This document shows positions 10,046-23,438 of a stretch of 64,000 nt of DNA, piece by piece. The notes under the pieces were generated by a model. The model was not told the origin of the DNA. It made no database searches and saw only the letters and a list, made by a program, of their open reading frames with translations. A program made the position numbers and the translations under genes. Each line of letters begins with the position of its first letter. Within the stretch, counting starts at the first letter, position 1. This DNA is from Octopus vulgaris (lineage: Eukaryota). Location: NCBI GenBank assembly GCA_951406725.2, contig OX597824.1:40982001-41046000 (forward strand). Reading direction: 5' to 3'.

Positions 10046-12372
10046 TAAAAAAAGATGTCAATTAATAAAATGATTAATCAAATAACCAGCTGAAGTGGGG
10101 TTGTCTTGGAAATGAGCTTTGAAAATTATTTTCGGTAAGAGAGAAGATACAGGTATGGTTGATGCAGTTGATTGTTTCGCATGAAACCTTATAGGTTGAT
10201 AATACCTGTAGGAACATGTAAGCAGAGATGATGTTAGCACAGAGCCAAACATTTCAAGTAAAGGTGCAATCAATTTTATTAACCTCAAAACTTATATTTC
10301 GTTCATTGGCTCCCCACAAAAAGGCACTCCAGAAGGATTTGAATTAGTAGTATATAATTATATCCCACTTCAAATCCTTCCAGAGTAGCCTCTTGCCTCT
10401 TTCCCCATCTTTCTGGAGTCAAAATGTCAATTGCAGTCATACTTGCATGTGTACAGATGCTCGTATGCACACAAACACAAACAAACAGAGTTTTTATTAT
10501 TACCATTTTGGTGGCTATCCTTCCAACTTCAGATGCCCCCCTTTTTGGTTACACCATTTCCAATGCTTGTTTTTTACCTTTCCATTTCACCTCCTTGGTC
10601 TTTTCATCATTTCTTTTGCTTTATCCCTGGAAATTGTTTTCTTTTTATTTATTCATTTATTTCTCTTTTTATTTCTACTATTTTCAAATCTATTCAAATA
10701 TATAAATACCATGTGACAGTGGAATATGACCAATGTAGATTAAACTTCCATAAACATTTAGATAAACATATAACTTGGTTATCCAAATCTAGATTTAGAT
10801 AACCAAGTCAGAAGTGAAAATAATTAAACAGACAGAAAGCTAAAATATTTCCTTCTTTAGCAAATCTTTACCTGTATTAGACAAATAAAAGTTTAGAAAT
10901 AAAGATATTGGAAACGTGGTGGTCCATAATTATATAATATTTCAGCTTTAATGTTGGCATCTAAAATGGGTATCAGAACTTTCAAAGCAATGGGAATTCT
11001 CGGTATATATATTTTTTTTTCTGGAAACAAACCAGGGAAACCTTTTTTGGGGGTCTTTCATCACCCAAATGAACATGCCATTAGAGTATATGTTGAAGAA
11101 ATTTGATAGATTAATCAACTCAGATATTTCATTAAATTATGAAAATTAGAAGCACACACAATGTTTTCTTAAATTCTTAAAAGCATCATTTTTGCTTGGT
11201 GTTTTTTTTAGTTGCAGGTGTTTGAGTTCAAACTGTCCTAGATATAAATCTTTTTACTAAATGAATGTCATCACTCCACTTAACCCTGTAGCATTTGGAT
11301 TATTCTGTTAGATTTGATACTTATTTATTCATATTGTTTTGAATTAATCATGCTTTATCTATTAGCTTTGAGATTTTGATGGATGTGATTAATTATCTTT
11401 AGAATGATATTGTAGGATAAGTTTGAGAGACCAGATCTGGCCAGTTTGAATGTAAAACAGGTAGAGTATTTGGGCTCCATAGGTTTAACTGCTTTTGGCA
11501 AAGCACCTCCTTCAGAACTATCTAAAAAAAAAACTATTCATCAGCTGTCTGACCTAAGTGACTGCTTTTATCACCTTCAGACTATCTTTGTTCAAACAAG
11601 AGTTTACAATGAGCTCTCTCTAGGGTTCGCCATAGCCAGTTAAGAATATGAAGGGCTGTTTTGTTAAAGTTTGCATTGTAATCACATTGTTCCACAATGC
11701 CTTGGCTAAGTGTCTTCTACTATAATCCTGAGTTGATCCAAGTTTTGTGAATGAAATTGGCTTGGCAGAACTATATGGGAACCAATAAGATGGACTGTCC
11801 CAGTTTTTGGATGGTAGACTTGTTCCAGTGTTCAGTTTAACACCATCTCCTGGAATTTGGGTGCCTTTTGAAGAGACTGCTTTGCTGCAAACATTTGTCT
11901 GAGCATAGATAAATTGATATCTTTAAGTACTGCTCCTCTAGAGTTGTGATTTTCCCTTCCTTTTCTCCATCCAGAAGTCTTGCAAAATGTCATGAATGTT
12001 TCCTTTTCCTTCTCACTAAGAGGGGAATAGTATTCAACTATGACAAACCCATCTTTTACTCACTCATACTGACTCACAAGCTTCACATCAATAGCATTCT
12101 CATTTCTGGATTAATATGTAAAGTTCTCTTGTGATAATCTAACAACTTGTTTGTACAGGATACTTGCTTAACCAGTGTGTATTTATGTGTGCATGTATGT
12201 GAGCCTGCATATTTATGTTTCTACATTTTTTGTATAAGCATGTTTAATTTTATGTGTGTGTGTGTTGCCTTGGGCTTTCAACATAGATGTACCTTTGTGA
12301 TGTATGCCATGTCTTGAGCAGTTTTAGGTTGGGTGAAGCCAGATCTCTCTCCATCTCTGAACCTATCTGATT

Positions 12373-12418
<46 letters not shown>

Positions 12419-12570
12419 ATCAGTTTTAGTACACAAGTGGTACTTTATTTATCAATCCTGAAAAGATGAAAAGCATGGTTGGCACTGATTGCTCATGACC
12501 TCAGAATCCAAAGTACCAGAATGGAATATCATAAGGCCATCTATCCAGTGCTCCAACAACAACTTGTTAA

Positions 12571-12625
<55 letters not shown>

Positions 12626-13039
12626 AAAAATCTACCCAGAAATGGTGTGAAAACTGTCTATTGTACTTGTAATTTGAATGTTCAGCTTTGTACACTGTAA
12701 TGTCTGCCCGAGAGTATGTTGTTATGGTTATAAGTGTCAGGAATATTTGGCTATAATTCAATGAGAGGCAGTCCAGTTGATCAAAATATCTTACAGCACT
12801 AATTACTGTTTGCATGCATGTGTGTGTGTGTGTGTATTTGGAGTAAGGTAGTCTAATAGCTTTTTCATTCCCCTTCCTCTTTGGAGTTGTTTTGAATTAT
12901 GAGGAGAAAAATGTTATTTCACTTTTCTTAAAGCTAAATCTTTGGCTTTCTTTGGAGATTATAATTTCTAAAATTTTTATATCGTATTTATTTATTTATT
13001 TATTTATTGAAAAACTTTCATTTTGATCCCTCCCTTTTT

Positions 13040-13850
13040 TTTTTTCGTTTCTATACTAGAATGAACCCGTCAAAAAAACAAAAACAGAAAAAAAAAAAAA
13101 AAGCGAACTCATTTCTTCATCCCTAAAGATAGCGTGTATATTGTGTAATTTCATTGACTTTTGGAAACAATCAGCAAGGGAACTAACTCTTAATGCTTAG
13201 TAAAGGTATACCTTAACTTACGTCGGCAATTGGTTCCAAGACATACCACTTTACTCGAGAAACGATGTGATACGAAAAATCATTAAAAAAAAAAAAAAAA
13301 TTATTAGCTTATATCAATAAATGGTTTGTTCATATTTTCACATGTATTTTATATGGTTTTACACTTGGGTATTGGTTTTTAGATGTTTATAATTTTTTTT
13401 TAACCTCTTAAATACGTTCGCTGAGATTGACGTGAAGTCGGATAAATTTTAAAAATGAAAGAACTAAACAGTGTAACTAGAAACAATGTAAGTTGGGATT
13501 ATACCTGTATTTGATAGTGCGTATTTGTAGTGTTGTTTTAAAGGTGACAACTTTATAAAATGTAAGTTTGTAACGAAGGCCTTGTATTGAAAAACTGTAC
13601 AAACAGCGACAGTGTAGTTTCAATTCGAGTGGAGTTATGTTTGTGATACTGTATTGAGTGCGTTTGCTAATCAGCGTAGCATGTCTGCTGGTGGTAATAC
13701 CCTTTAAATACGTTTCCAGTGTTGATGCTTGTGGTTTACTTAGTTTTGATGCTATGGCTTGCTGTTTTCAGGAAAATATTGGGAAAAAAAAAATTTTTTT
13801 TCTCAACTAAGGAAATAAAACTGATGGAGTTAACTCCCTTGTCAGCCATT
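13040..13850. promoter_or_regulatory. CpG-retaining non-repetitive island (candidate promoter/enhancer)
   Basis: About 20 CpGs counted in 13040-13720 despite AT-richness, against near absence in the flanks. CRE-like TGACGTGA at about 13428. GTAAGT donors at 13488 and 13562. Confidence 0.45.
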
Positions 13851-14089
13851 CCTCATCACCTTACCTTAAGTTAGTTGTTTAACCCTATCTCTATCCTGGT
13901 CCGGTAAATCGATGATCAAAACATTCTAGTACCAGCTCATCCTTGTTTAGTCACAATATATCTAGGACTACATTATCAGATGAGTCCTTCCTTTACTTTT
14001 TAAGACGGTAGTATGTGATTTGAGAGCTTTTGTTACAATTTGTAGAAATGATAGCAATAGAAGTTATCTTGGTTTAATGAAAGATTGTA

Positions 14090-15377
14090 TCAGGTCATCC
14101 CATAAGTTCTGTCCGATTTTACCTTTTTTAAAATTGAATGAAATTCGATAGTATTTTAGAATGTCTAATGGCATTTAAAATTATTTTTATGCATTTGTGT
14201 ACATTCAAAATAATTAAATGTTATTTTATAGAATAATAGAATTAAAATTTCTTTGAGTAAAACCCTTTCTAAAATGGAAGTATCCGAAAAGCATTTGAGT
14301 CACATAGTGCTTTATGAGTACAAAGAAAGGAAACTCTGCAGCTGAAGCGACTCGAAACATACACTCAGTTTATGGGAAAGAATGCTTGAATGAAAGAACT
14401 TGCAGAAGATGGTTTGCAAAATTCAGAAGTGGAGATTTCAGCCTTGAAGATGAAGATCAAACAGGACGTTCAGTTGAGTTTGATGATAAGCTCCTTGAGG
14501 CATTACTTGAAGAAAATCCTGCATTGCCAGTTGAAAAATTGGCAATAAAGCTTAGTTCAAAGCATACACCTGTTCATCGTCATTTTCAACAACTTGGAAA
14601 GGTTCCTAAACTTGGAAAATGGGTGCCTCATGAATTGTCCGAAAGCAACCGCAAATCCCGAGTTGACATCTGCTCTTCTCTCCATTCGCGCGAACTCACT
14701 TCACCCTTTTTGATAGACTTGTAACTGGTTAAAAAAAATGGATCTTCTATCGAAATGGTAAACGTCGTAAACAATGGTTTGGTAAAAGGGAAAAAGCTCA
14801 ACCACAACCGAGAAGGGAACTCCATGGAAAAAAGGTTCTTCTCTCTATCTGGTGGGAATGCAAAGGAGTAATTCACTTTAAATTGTTACCACCTAATACA
14901 ATAATCAATGCTCAAGTCTACTGTCAGCAATTAGAGCATTTGAACCAAGCTTTGAAGAAAAAAAGGCCTGCTTTAGTGAATCAAAAAGGAGTGATGTTTC
15001 ATCAGGACAATGCACGACCCCACACTGCAAAGATCACATCACAGAAGATTGAAGATCTTGGTTGGGAAAAGATTCCTCATCCACCTTATTCTCCTGACCC
15101 TGCTCCTTCAGATTACCATTTGTTTTGTAGTTTACAGAATCATTTGGGGCACATAACTTTTGCAAGCCAGGAGGAGGTCGAAACTGACATTTCAGAGTTC
15201 TTTGCTTTGAAACCAAAAGAGTTTTACATTGATGGGATTAAAAAGCTTGTAAATAGATGGAAGGAAGTCATAGATAATCAGGGAAAGTACATTGATGATT
15301 AAATTTCAATTAAATATAACATTTGATCACTTATTTTCTTTATTCAAAATTTGGACAGAACTTATGGGATCACCTGA
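14090..15377 (+). mobile_element. Full-length mariner (DD34D) transposon, 1288 bp, inactive
   Basis: TA TSD on both sides (14088-14089 and 15378-15379). TIRs tcaggtcatcccataagttctgtcc / ggacagaacttatgggatcacctga. Confidence 0.97.
14274..15302 (+). pseudogene. Mariner transposase pseudogene
   Basis: HTH region (NERTCRRWFAKFRSG), WVPHEL, HQDNARPH and YSPDPAPSDYHLF motifs. Broken by frameshifts near 14320 and 14715, and the first catalytic Asp (GDEKW) is mutated. Confidence 0.93.
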
Positions 15378-17931
15378 TATTTTGACATTGTGAGTGCTGT
15401 TTTTTTGGTGTTAATGTGAAAAACATTTTGCATTTACCTAAAATATTTCTTTCCTTTGAGAGAAGTGAAGTGTGTGTGCTTGTGCACACATACACTTGCG
15501 TGTAAATGTGGGATCATTTAACGTACATGTTCCATGCTGGCATGGATGTGTGCACGTGCCTATATTTTCACAAATACATCTACATACCTTGCATTGCCTT
15601 GGGCCCCCAATTCCTGAAGGAGTAGTTGTAGGGGTGCTTTCATGATTATGTCGAATAATTTGGACACTTTTACACCTAGCAGAATCTACCCCTCTATAGA
15701 TTTGACCATGGCCGATTTCTTTTAGAAAAATAGTAACAGAGAGAAAGAACCTGGAGCCCATCAGTATTATTCATGCTAAAAGTAGCATGTGGACACAACA
15801 AATGGGTTGTGTGTGAGAGGGTCTCTGTCATCTGTCAGCCATAAGGATGGGAATATTCATTCATTCAACAGCTGATATTAGCTGAACATATTAAAAGTTG
15901 TACAGATAAGGAAAAAAAAAATATTGGTAATGATATGAAAGATTAAAATATTATAACAATATTTTGTATTTGAATAATCTTTTGAAAAATGTCCTGAAGA
16001 ATTTGAAAATGATTGGTTTGATAAATGCAACAACTTTGAGAAATTTTGATCTGTTTTATTTTGGACTGCTGTTGTGCATTACGATGGATTGATCTATAGT
16101 CAGACAACTTAATTCCTCTTTCTATACTACAGCACAACACTGCTTTGTCAATGAGGGTGCCTCTGTTGAGCTGCTAGAAATCGCTGTCAGGTCTTACTCA
16201 TGTAACCTACTGTCTTACACAAGGACAGTACATTAATGTAACACAACTTCAATATGAGGTGAAGTTGATCTCAGCAGATTTGAATTCAGAGCACAGAAAG
16301 CATCTGTATATGTGTACTCATGTGTGCACTCACACACATATGTCATGCATAGGAGTACAGGTGTAAACAATTATGTGCTGTTTAAACCTATATAAGTTAC
16401 AGTATTAGATAAGTCGCGTCCTCTTTGTGTTTATAATATTCTGGTCTTAGCCTGTGGCCTGTATATAAGTCACTTGTCACTTTTAATAAATACTGTTTGC
16501 GACATTTTATTAAATCATTCAGCTGAAGTAATCATTATCAATATATCATGTGTTCAATGCCACATAACCATTGATATCCTAACAATATGTTTCTATGACA
16601 CATCATAGAACAAATATATAAACCTGTGTTTTTTAACGACCACTCCTAATTGATTAACAATATAATAGGAATTAGGATTACAACTGGCTGCCAGAGAACT
16701 GACACATGTTTTGTACACATATAGAAGAAATGTATTTAAAAAAAAATTTATGAGAAGGTGTCTTGTCATAAACACATTTGTTTTGCAGCAGAATCAAATT
16801 CTGATTAAGTAGTCTTGTTTGCTTGCACATGACATGATCAATGTGAATTTGTTTACAATGCTGGTATACATGTAGAATCAGTTGTCACATGACCAACTCA
16901 CTTTACATACACATTAATTTGTTTGTGTGTGAGTGTATGCTTCAGATTTTGTGTCAAGATCAAATCTTGCTAAAAAAAAAGTTGCATGAAGTTTTTTTAC
17001 ACATGGCTTTTGAATAAAACAAAGTTGCTATTTACCAACAAATACATGTAGTATATACATGTTTTTAAGAGAGTTTGTTTGTAAATACATATTTGTACGC
17101 ATGTGTATATGTGTGCATACATACATGTGTGTGTATAATTGTGAACTCATAGGAAGAAGTGTTGCATCTGTGACCCTTTTCAGGTCTCTCTCTCTCTTTC
17201 TCTCAGAGACTTCTTTCAGTATCTGTCTACCAAATCCACTCAGTAGGCTTTGGTTGGCCTGGAGAAGACCACTCATTGAAGGTGCTTTGCAGTGGGGCCT
17301 AACCAAATCATGTGACTGGGAAGCAATCTTCTTAACTGCACAGCCATTGCCTGTGCCTAAGATCATTAGTGACATTCCTGCCATGACCATCTTGTCCTTT
17401 TGTCGGATATTGAATACCTATTTCTACATTATCCAGTGTATTGCTGCCTCTTAAAGAGGATAGTATCTAATTTGTGGGAAATTTGATGCCTATGTCTATT
17501 GATAGGAAATTTAATGCCCTCTGATTCCTTGTTGTTGGTTGGTTTGTGTAGGAAAAACAACTAATCCATATTTTAAAACAAATCTTTATACTATAATTTC
17601 TTTTAAGTATCACTATGAAGAAGTTTGCTACACTAAACTTTGGAAATGATTGAATGATTTGTATAGTCATGTCTGAGGCCTTCTGATTGAATGAACTTTA
17701 CTCTATAAGGGCAATAGACTTCATTTGGTAAATTAGAAAATATTTATTCTTATCTTATAACAATACATTGTCATGGTGTTAGAAATCACTTCTGCAAAAT
17801 TTGTGGTGTTTTTGCATCTTCCTATGAGGTACATTTGGCTTGAGATTAAGATGTTGAACTACTTACCATATTGTCATCAGTTCAAATCTTACTCTTGCCA
17901 TTGTGTTGTATTTAAGAGGCAAGATGCTTAA

Positions 17932-18133
17932 CCCTTCAGCTTTCAGATTATCCTGTCAATGAAATGCTTATTCATTCACATTATTTTCACTTAATCAAGC
18001 ATTATCTCAAAGCTTCAAGATTACAAAGATATGATTTTATGTTTTTAGAATAACATTATAGGGTTGGTGTGAGAGGTCAGATCTGGCTAGTTTACATATA
18101 AAGCTGGATATGACTGGTTTAAATGTTAAAGGG
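17932..18133. mobile_element. piggyBac-like MITE (TTAA target)
   Basis: TTAA-CCCTT...AAGGG-TTAA termini. The same family occurs at about 11280-11490, 25292-25420, 49293-49745, 58573-59125 and 59930-60127; two of these are interrupted by SINEs. Confidence 0.7.
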
Positions 18134-19612
18134 TTAAATAATTCAGCTTATTCCAGTTTTCTTGACTCACAAAAGAAAAAAGGTAGTGGGTGGTGGGCAA
18201 AAACAAGCAGGTGTTATTTGTTCACAACAGAAAGTATTTTTGTATTGAACAACATGAACTTGGACTATTACTTAGAAGGAAAGATAAATGGCAAACACTT
18301 GACAGACTTAGAATAAACTGCTTTGGTAACATCAAGGACTGGACTAAGTTACTGTATGGTGAATGAATAAGAAAGGCAAAGAAAAGTCCCAAATGGAGAT
18401 TATGACATGGGTATACTCATCTGGTGTAAAATGGTATTACACAAATAAATAGTTGGTTGTGGTTATCTAAAAATAACCTATTGCAGAAATATGTTAACAC
18501 AGAATGCACTCCATACTACTCAAATGTAGGTATGATACTCAGTATTTACTGTTCAACTACCAACTGTAAAACCAACATGTTGAACTAACACTGTCAACTA
18601 CCTTGACAGCTCACACAGTTCTTACTGAAATCTGTTAGTTCACTTTCAGTCATGTGGGTGTGTACAGGATTCTCCCATAACAGGGATCCTTGAGATTCAA
18701 CCTGCTGAGAGCAGATGTCACCTAATGATGATGACACTCTGTGAAGTACTTTGTGAATTAAGCAGAGACAATGCAGGGCTGAGAGGTGTTTTCAGTCTTG
18801 TGGATGGGTAAACCAACTCAATAGTACAGGTGCCCCCCCAAAATGCATCCAGTACATTCTGCAAAAGTGGTTGGTGTTAGGAAGGACATCAAGTTGTAGA
18901 AATCATGCTGAAACAGAATCATTAGATGAGATTGAGATGTGGTATTCTTAATGTTTAGTTTGAACTTCCCAAACTTTTGTTGTTGTTGGTTCCTGCTGAA
19001 TAGTTCAACCTATGCAAGCATAGAAAGCAAATAAAAAATGATAGCCCCCTCCCCAATAAGGCTTATTATAAAAAATAATTCCATTGCCACCTAGACAATC
19101 CAGCAAGGTTATTTTTCAGAAAAAGGGAATAAGTTTAGTTGAGGTAGTCTGACAGCCTTGTTTTATGTATTCAGTTTTTGGCTTAAAATTTCATGAAATT
19201 TATCTACAAATGCTATATAAGAATATTTGTTTGAGCATTGTAAATACAAATAGAATATATAGATTACATTCTATGGATAGAATTTTTATCAATTAAGAAA
19301 CTTTTTTTGAAAGAAAAAAGAAAAAATATGGAGTGGTAAGGATTATTTTATTACTCAATATATATGTGTGTGAACGTGTGTGCACTATTGGAAAATGAGT
19401 ACAAATCTGTTAATGTGTGTTAAGTATACAATGGATGCATACATACATATACATCCATCCATCCATCCATTCATTTGGGTGGGAAGTAATCTTTTATAAA
19501 AAATTGCATATTTCTAAACTTTTATAAAAAATTGCATATTTCTAAACTTTTTCAATACATGTACAAAATTAGGTATATTTACATACTTTTGTATATGTTA
19601 TATATATAGTAT

Positions 19613-19992
19613 ATGCACAGATGTGGGTGTGTGGTAAGAAGCTTGCTTCCCAACCTCAATTTTGGGTTCAGTCCCACTGTGTGGCACCTTGGGCGAGTGT
19701 CTTCTGGTATAGTCTTGGGTTGGCCAAAGTCTTGTGAGTGGATTTGGTAGATGGAAACTGAACGAAGCCTATTGTGTGTGTGTGTCTTTGTGTTGGTGTT
19801 TGTTCTTCCATCACTGCTTGACGGTGTTGGTGTGTTTACATCCCCATAACCTAGCGGTTTGGCAAAAGTGACCGATAGAATAAGTACTAAGCTTAAAAAA
19901 AGAAAAAGTCTTGGGGTTGACTTGCTCAACTAAAACCTTTCAATGTGTGTTCCAGTATGGCTGTAGTCAAATAACTGAAACAAATGATAAAA
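19613..19992 (+). mobile_element. SINE family A
   Basis: Same head, core and tail as 9688-10045. Confidence 0.85.
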
Positions 19993-20063
19993 TAAATAAA
20001 CATACATCCACACACTTACACATGTATGTGCACATATACCTGCATAGAAATATGCATCTAATA

Positions 20064-20576
20064 TAGGGATGGGGAAACCCCTGCCTGCAGGCTCAACTGC
20101 ACCTGCGGGCACATTCTTTTGTGCCCAATGGCCAGTATACTTCTATGTACAAAATATAATAAATTTTTCAATTATAAAATTTATGCAATATTCACAAGCC
20201 TATTTATAACATAGGCCGCATTTCCACTACAACTTACAAGACTCGAACAGAAATTGTTCCAATTGAATGGAAGTTTTGTTTACACTATAAAACACATATT
20301 GCTAGGTTTGTACCACCCCCTTGAGACCCAATTACTACACTCTAGCTGAAAGATAAAGAATATTGCATAAATAATATAAATGTTCTAAATTCAGTGGCTG
20401 TGTTAATGATGTTATGCATTAACGTGTCAAACTTATCTTTATTAATGTATATCGAATTATACATAGATATATACGAGATTTACACAGATTATAAGAGTTA
20501 GAATTTGTGGTCTGCCCATGGACCTTTTTCCTTGGAAATATTTGCCCACTGCATTAAAAAGTTTCCCCCACCCCTG
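20064..20576. mobile_element. hAT MITE, 513 bp
   Basis: TIRs tagggatggggaaac / gtttcccccacccctg. Perfect 8-bp TSD ATCTAATA at 20056-20063 and 20577-20584. Confidence 0.88.
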
Positions 20577-21634
20577 ATCTAATATATGGATCCATATAGA
20601 AATCTTATAAAACAGTCAATTATACACAGACATCTACAAATGCATGCACACAATGCATTCTTCTACACGACTGTGTGCATGTGTGTGCTAGTTAACTTTA
20701 CATATGCATACGTGTGTGTGTGTGTGTAAGTGCACACACATACATACACACATTTGTGTTTGTGTGTGTATATATATATATGTATATACACACAATCTAA
20801 CAATGCATATATGTGCACACGCACAACACAACTCACCTTACTGTTGTTTTGCTGAGTGATTTTCCTGATCTCATCCGGAACTTCAGTTTCTAGACATCTC
20901 CGGTGATATCCGATGCTGCTTGGGTATCAGCACAAAAATCGGAAGCACTGTTCAAATAGCTAAGATGAAGGGAAGAAATATTTTGCATTCCACTTACTTG
21001 TCCCTGGCAGACACTATTTTCTCCTCCCACAACTACTGCCACCCTTAAAGCTCATTTTACCACTCCCCTCCCCTCCCCCCTACTCTTGTTCTCAAGTTTC
21101 CTGTTGTTGTGTAAGTTAGTTTAGGATTTCACTATTAGTTGGTGGGCTGGGCATGTCTGGGGCAGAGGGCTGTTTAGATCTGGGCAGGGCTAGGTGTTCT
21201 GGTGTTTGCAAAGGCAAAAATATGTATAACATAATAATGATGGTAACTGTGACAGTCGACAGTATGTATGTGATGATGACTGATACTGGCAATGAAGATT
21301 TAACAGTTATGATGATTAATAGCAGTCATAATGAATAACAATACTGATGACGGTGATTGATTGTGATGGTTGCAATCACTGCCAATATTCATGTCATAAT
21401 GGTTCTCAATGGTTTAAATAATAATTAAAGTAATGGTGTTGAGGATTTTATTGTTTTATTTTTATTATTGTTTTTCTCAAGTCAGTCTTGATAGAGTAGG
21501 TCTACAAATTAGAGATATTCCAGCTGTGACTTATTTCTCTTTTATCCAGCCATCATGTAACTAAGGTTATATTATCCAGTGCAGTACTTATGTGGCAGAT
21601 TTTGGCTGCTGTTTCTGGCAGATCCTGCAACTCT

Positions 21635-21828
21635 CTCTTTACTCTTTTACTTGTTTCAGTCGTTTGACTGTGGTCATGCTGGAGCACCGCCTTTAGTCGA
21701 GCAAATTGATCCCGGGACTTATTCTTTGTAATCCCAGTACTTATTCTATCGGTCTCTTTTGCCGAACCGCTAAGTGACGGGGACGTAAACACACCAGCAT
21801 TGGTTGTCAAGCAATGCTAGAGGGACAA

Positions 21829-21885
<57 letters not shown>

Positions 21886-22060
21886 TATATATACATATAT
21901 CCGACAGGCTTCTTTCAGTTTCCGTCTACCAAATCCACTCACAAGGCTTTGGTTGGCTCGAGGCTATAGCAGAAGACACCTGCCCAAGATGCCACGCAGT
22001 GGGACTGAACCCGGAACCATGTGGTTGGTTAGCAAGCTACTTACCACACAGCCATTCCTA
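21635..22060 (-). mobile_element. SINE family A (young, with internal (CA)n(TA)n)
   Basis: Reverse complement of the family A consensus with CpGs retained. Closely similar to 62400-62760. Confidence 0.88.
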
Positions 22061-22429
22061 TTGTTTTCAACACAGGTATGATGTCCCAAATGTAAACCAA
22101 TTGTAGTAGATTACTTAACAAAAGGAAGATGGAAGCAAAATTTTTTTATCAAAGTCTAATTTGTTTAATCTACTCAACTGAAAATGAGTACTGGCTGAGT
22201 GCTGGTGTAGCTCTCTCTCCCTCTTCTACTGTCACTTTCTGAACATTAACAGTGGTACTCTGCCAGTTACAACGATGAGTGTTCCAGTTGAGCTGGTCAA
22301 AGGAACAGCATGCTTGTGAAATTAACATGCAAGTAGCTGAGAACCCCACAGATCTGTGTACCTTTAATGTAATTCTCAGGGAGAATCAGCTTGACACTGA
22401 ATATGCCTTAAATTTGATAATAATAATAA

Positions 22430-23095
22430 TTTCAAATTTTGGCACAAGCCCAGCAATTTTGGGGGAAGGGTATGTCGATTACATCAACCCCAGTGCTCAA
22501 CTGGTACTTATTTTATCAATTCCAAAAGGATGAAAAGCAAAGTTGACCTCGGCGGAATTTGAACTGGGAACATGAAGACAGATGAAATGCTGCTAAGCAT
22601 TTTGCCTGGTGTGCTAACAATTCTGCCAGCTCACCACCGGATTAATAATGGTTTCAAATTTTGCCACAAGGGCAGCAATTTTGGGGTAGGGGGCTAGTTG
22701 ATTACATTGACCCTAGTGTTCAACTGGTATTTATTTTATGAACCCTTAAGGGATGAAAGGTCAAGTTGATCTTGGTAGAATTTGAACTCAGAATGTAGTG
22801 GCAGGCGAAATACTGCTAAACATTTTGTCCAGTGTGCTAATGATTCTGTAAGCTCGCCACCTTAATAATGAAAATAATGATCCTTTCTATAATATGGACA
22901 AATCCATAAATTTGTGGGGAGGGGTCCAGTTGATTAGATTGACTTTAGTGCTCAACTAGTGCTTATTTTACCAACCCTGAAAGGATGAAAGGCAAAGTCG
23001 ACCTCGGTGTAATTTGAACTCAGAACGTAGTGATGGGTGAAATACCACTAAGCATTTTGCTGGGCATGCTAATGGTTCTGCCAGGTCGCTGCCTT
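22430..23095 (-). mobile_element. Three head-to-tail SINE family B copies
   Basis: Three units of about 215-230 bp, each with ggatgaaaggcaaagt.gacctcgg.ggaatttgaactcagaa, separated by short (AAT)n. Confidence 0.85.
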
Positions 23096-23107
23096 AATAA
23101 TGATAAT

Positions 23108-23438
23108 CATCATCTTCATCATAATCATCATCATCATCGTTTAATGTCCGCTTTCCATGCTAGCATGGGTTGGACGGTTCAAATGGGGTCTGGGAAGCGA
23201 GAAGGCTGCGCCAGGCCCAGTCTGATCTGGCAGTGTTTCTACAGCTGGATGCCCTTCCTAACACCAACCACTCCATGAGTGTAGTGGGTGCTTTTTACGT
23301 GCCACCTGCACAGGTGCCAGACGAGGCTGGCAAGCGGCCACGATCGGATGGCGCTTTTTACATGCCACTGGCACGGGGGCCAGACGAGGCTGGCAACGGC
23401 CATGATTGGATGGTGCTTTTTACATGCCACCGGCACGG
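23108..23438 (-). mobile_element. 5'-truncated RTE-related element (same family as 6288-7036)
   Basis: (CAT)n tail then cgtttaatgtccgctttccatgctagcatggg. Three tggcacgtaaaaagcacc modules on the minus strand. TSD-like ataatgataat at 23097-23107 and 23439-23449. Confidence 0.8.
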
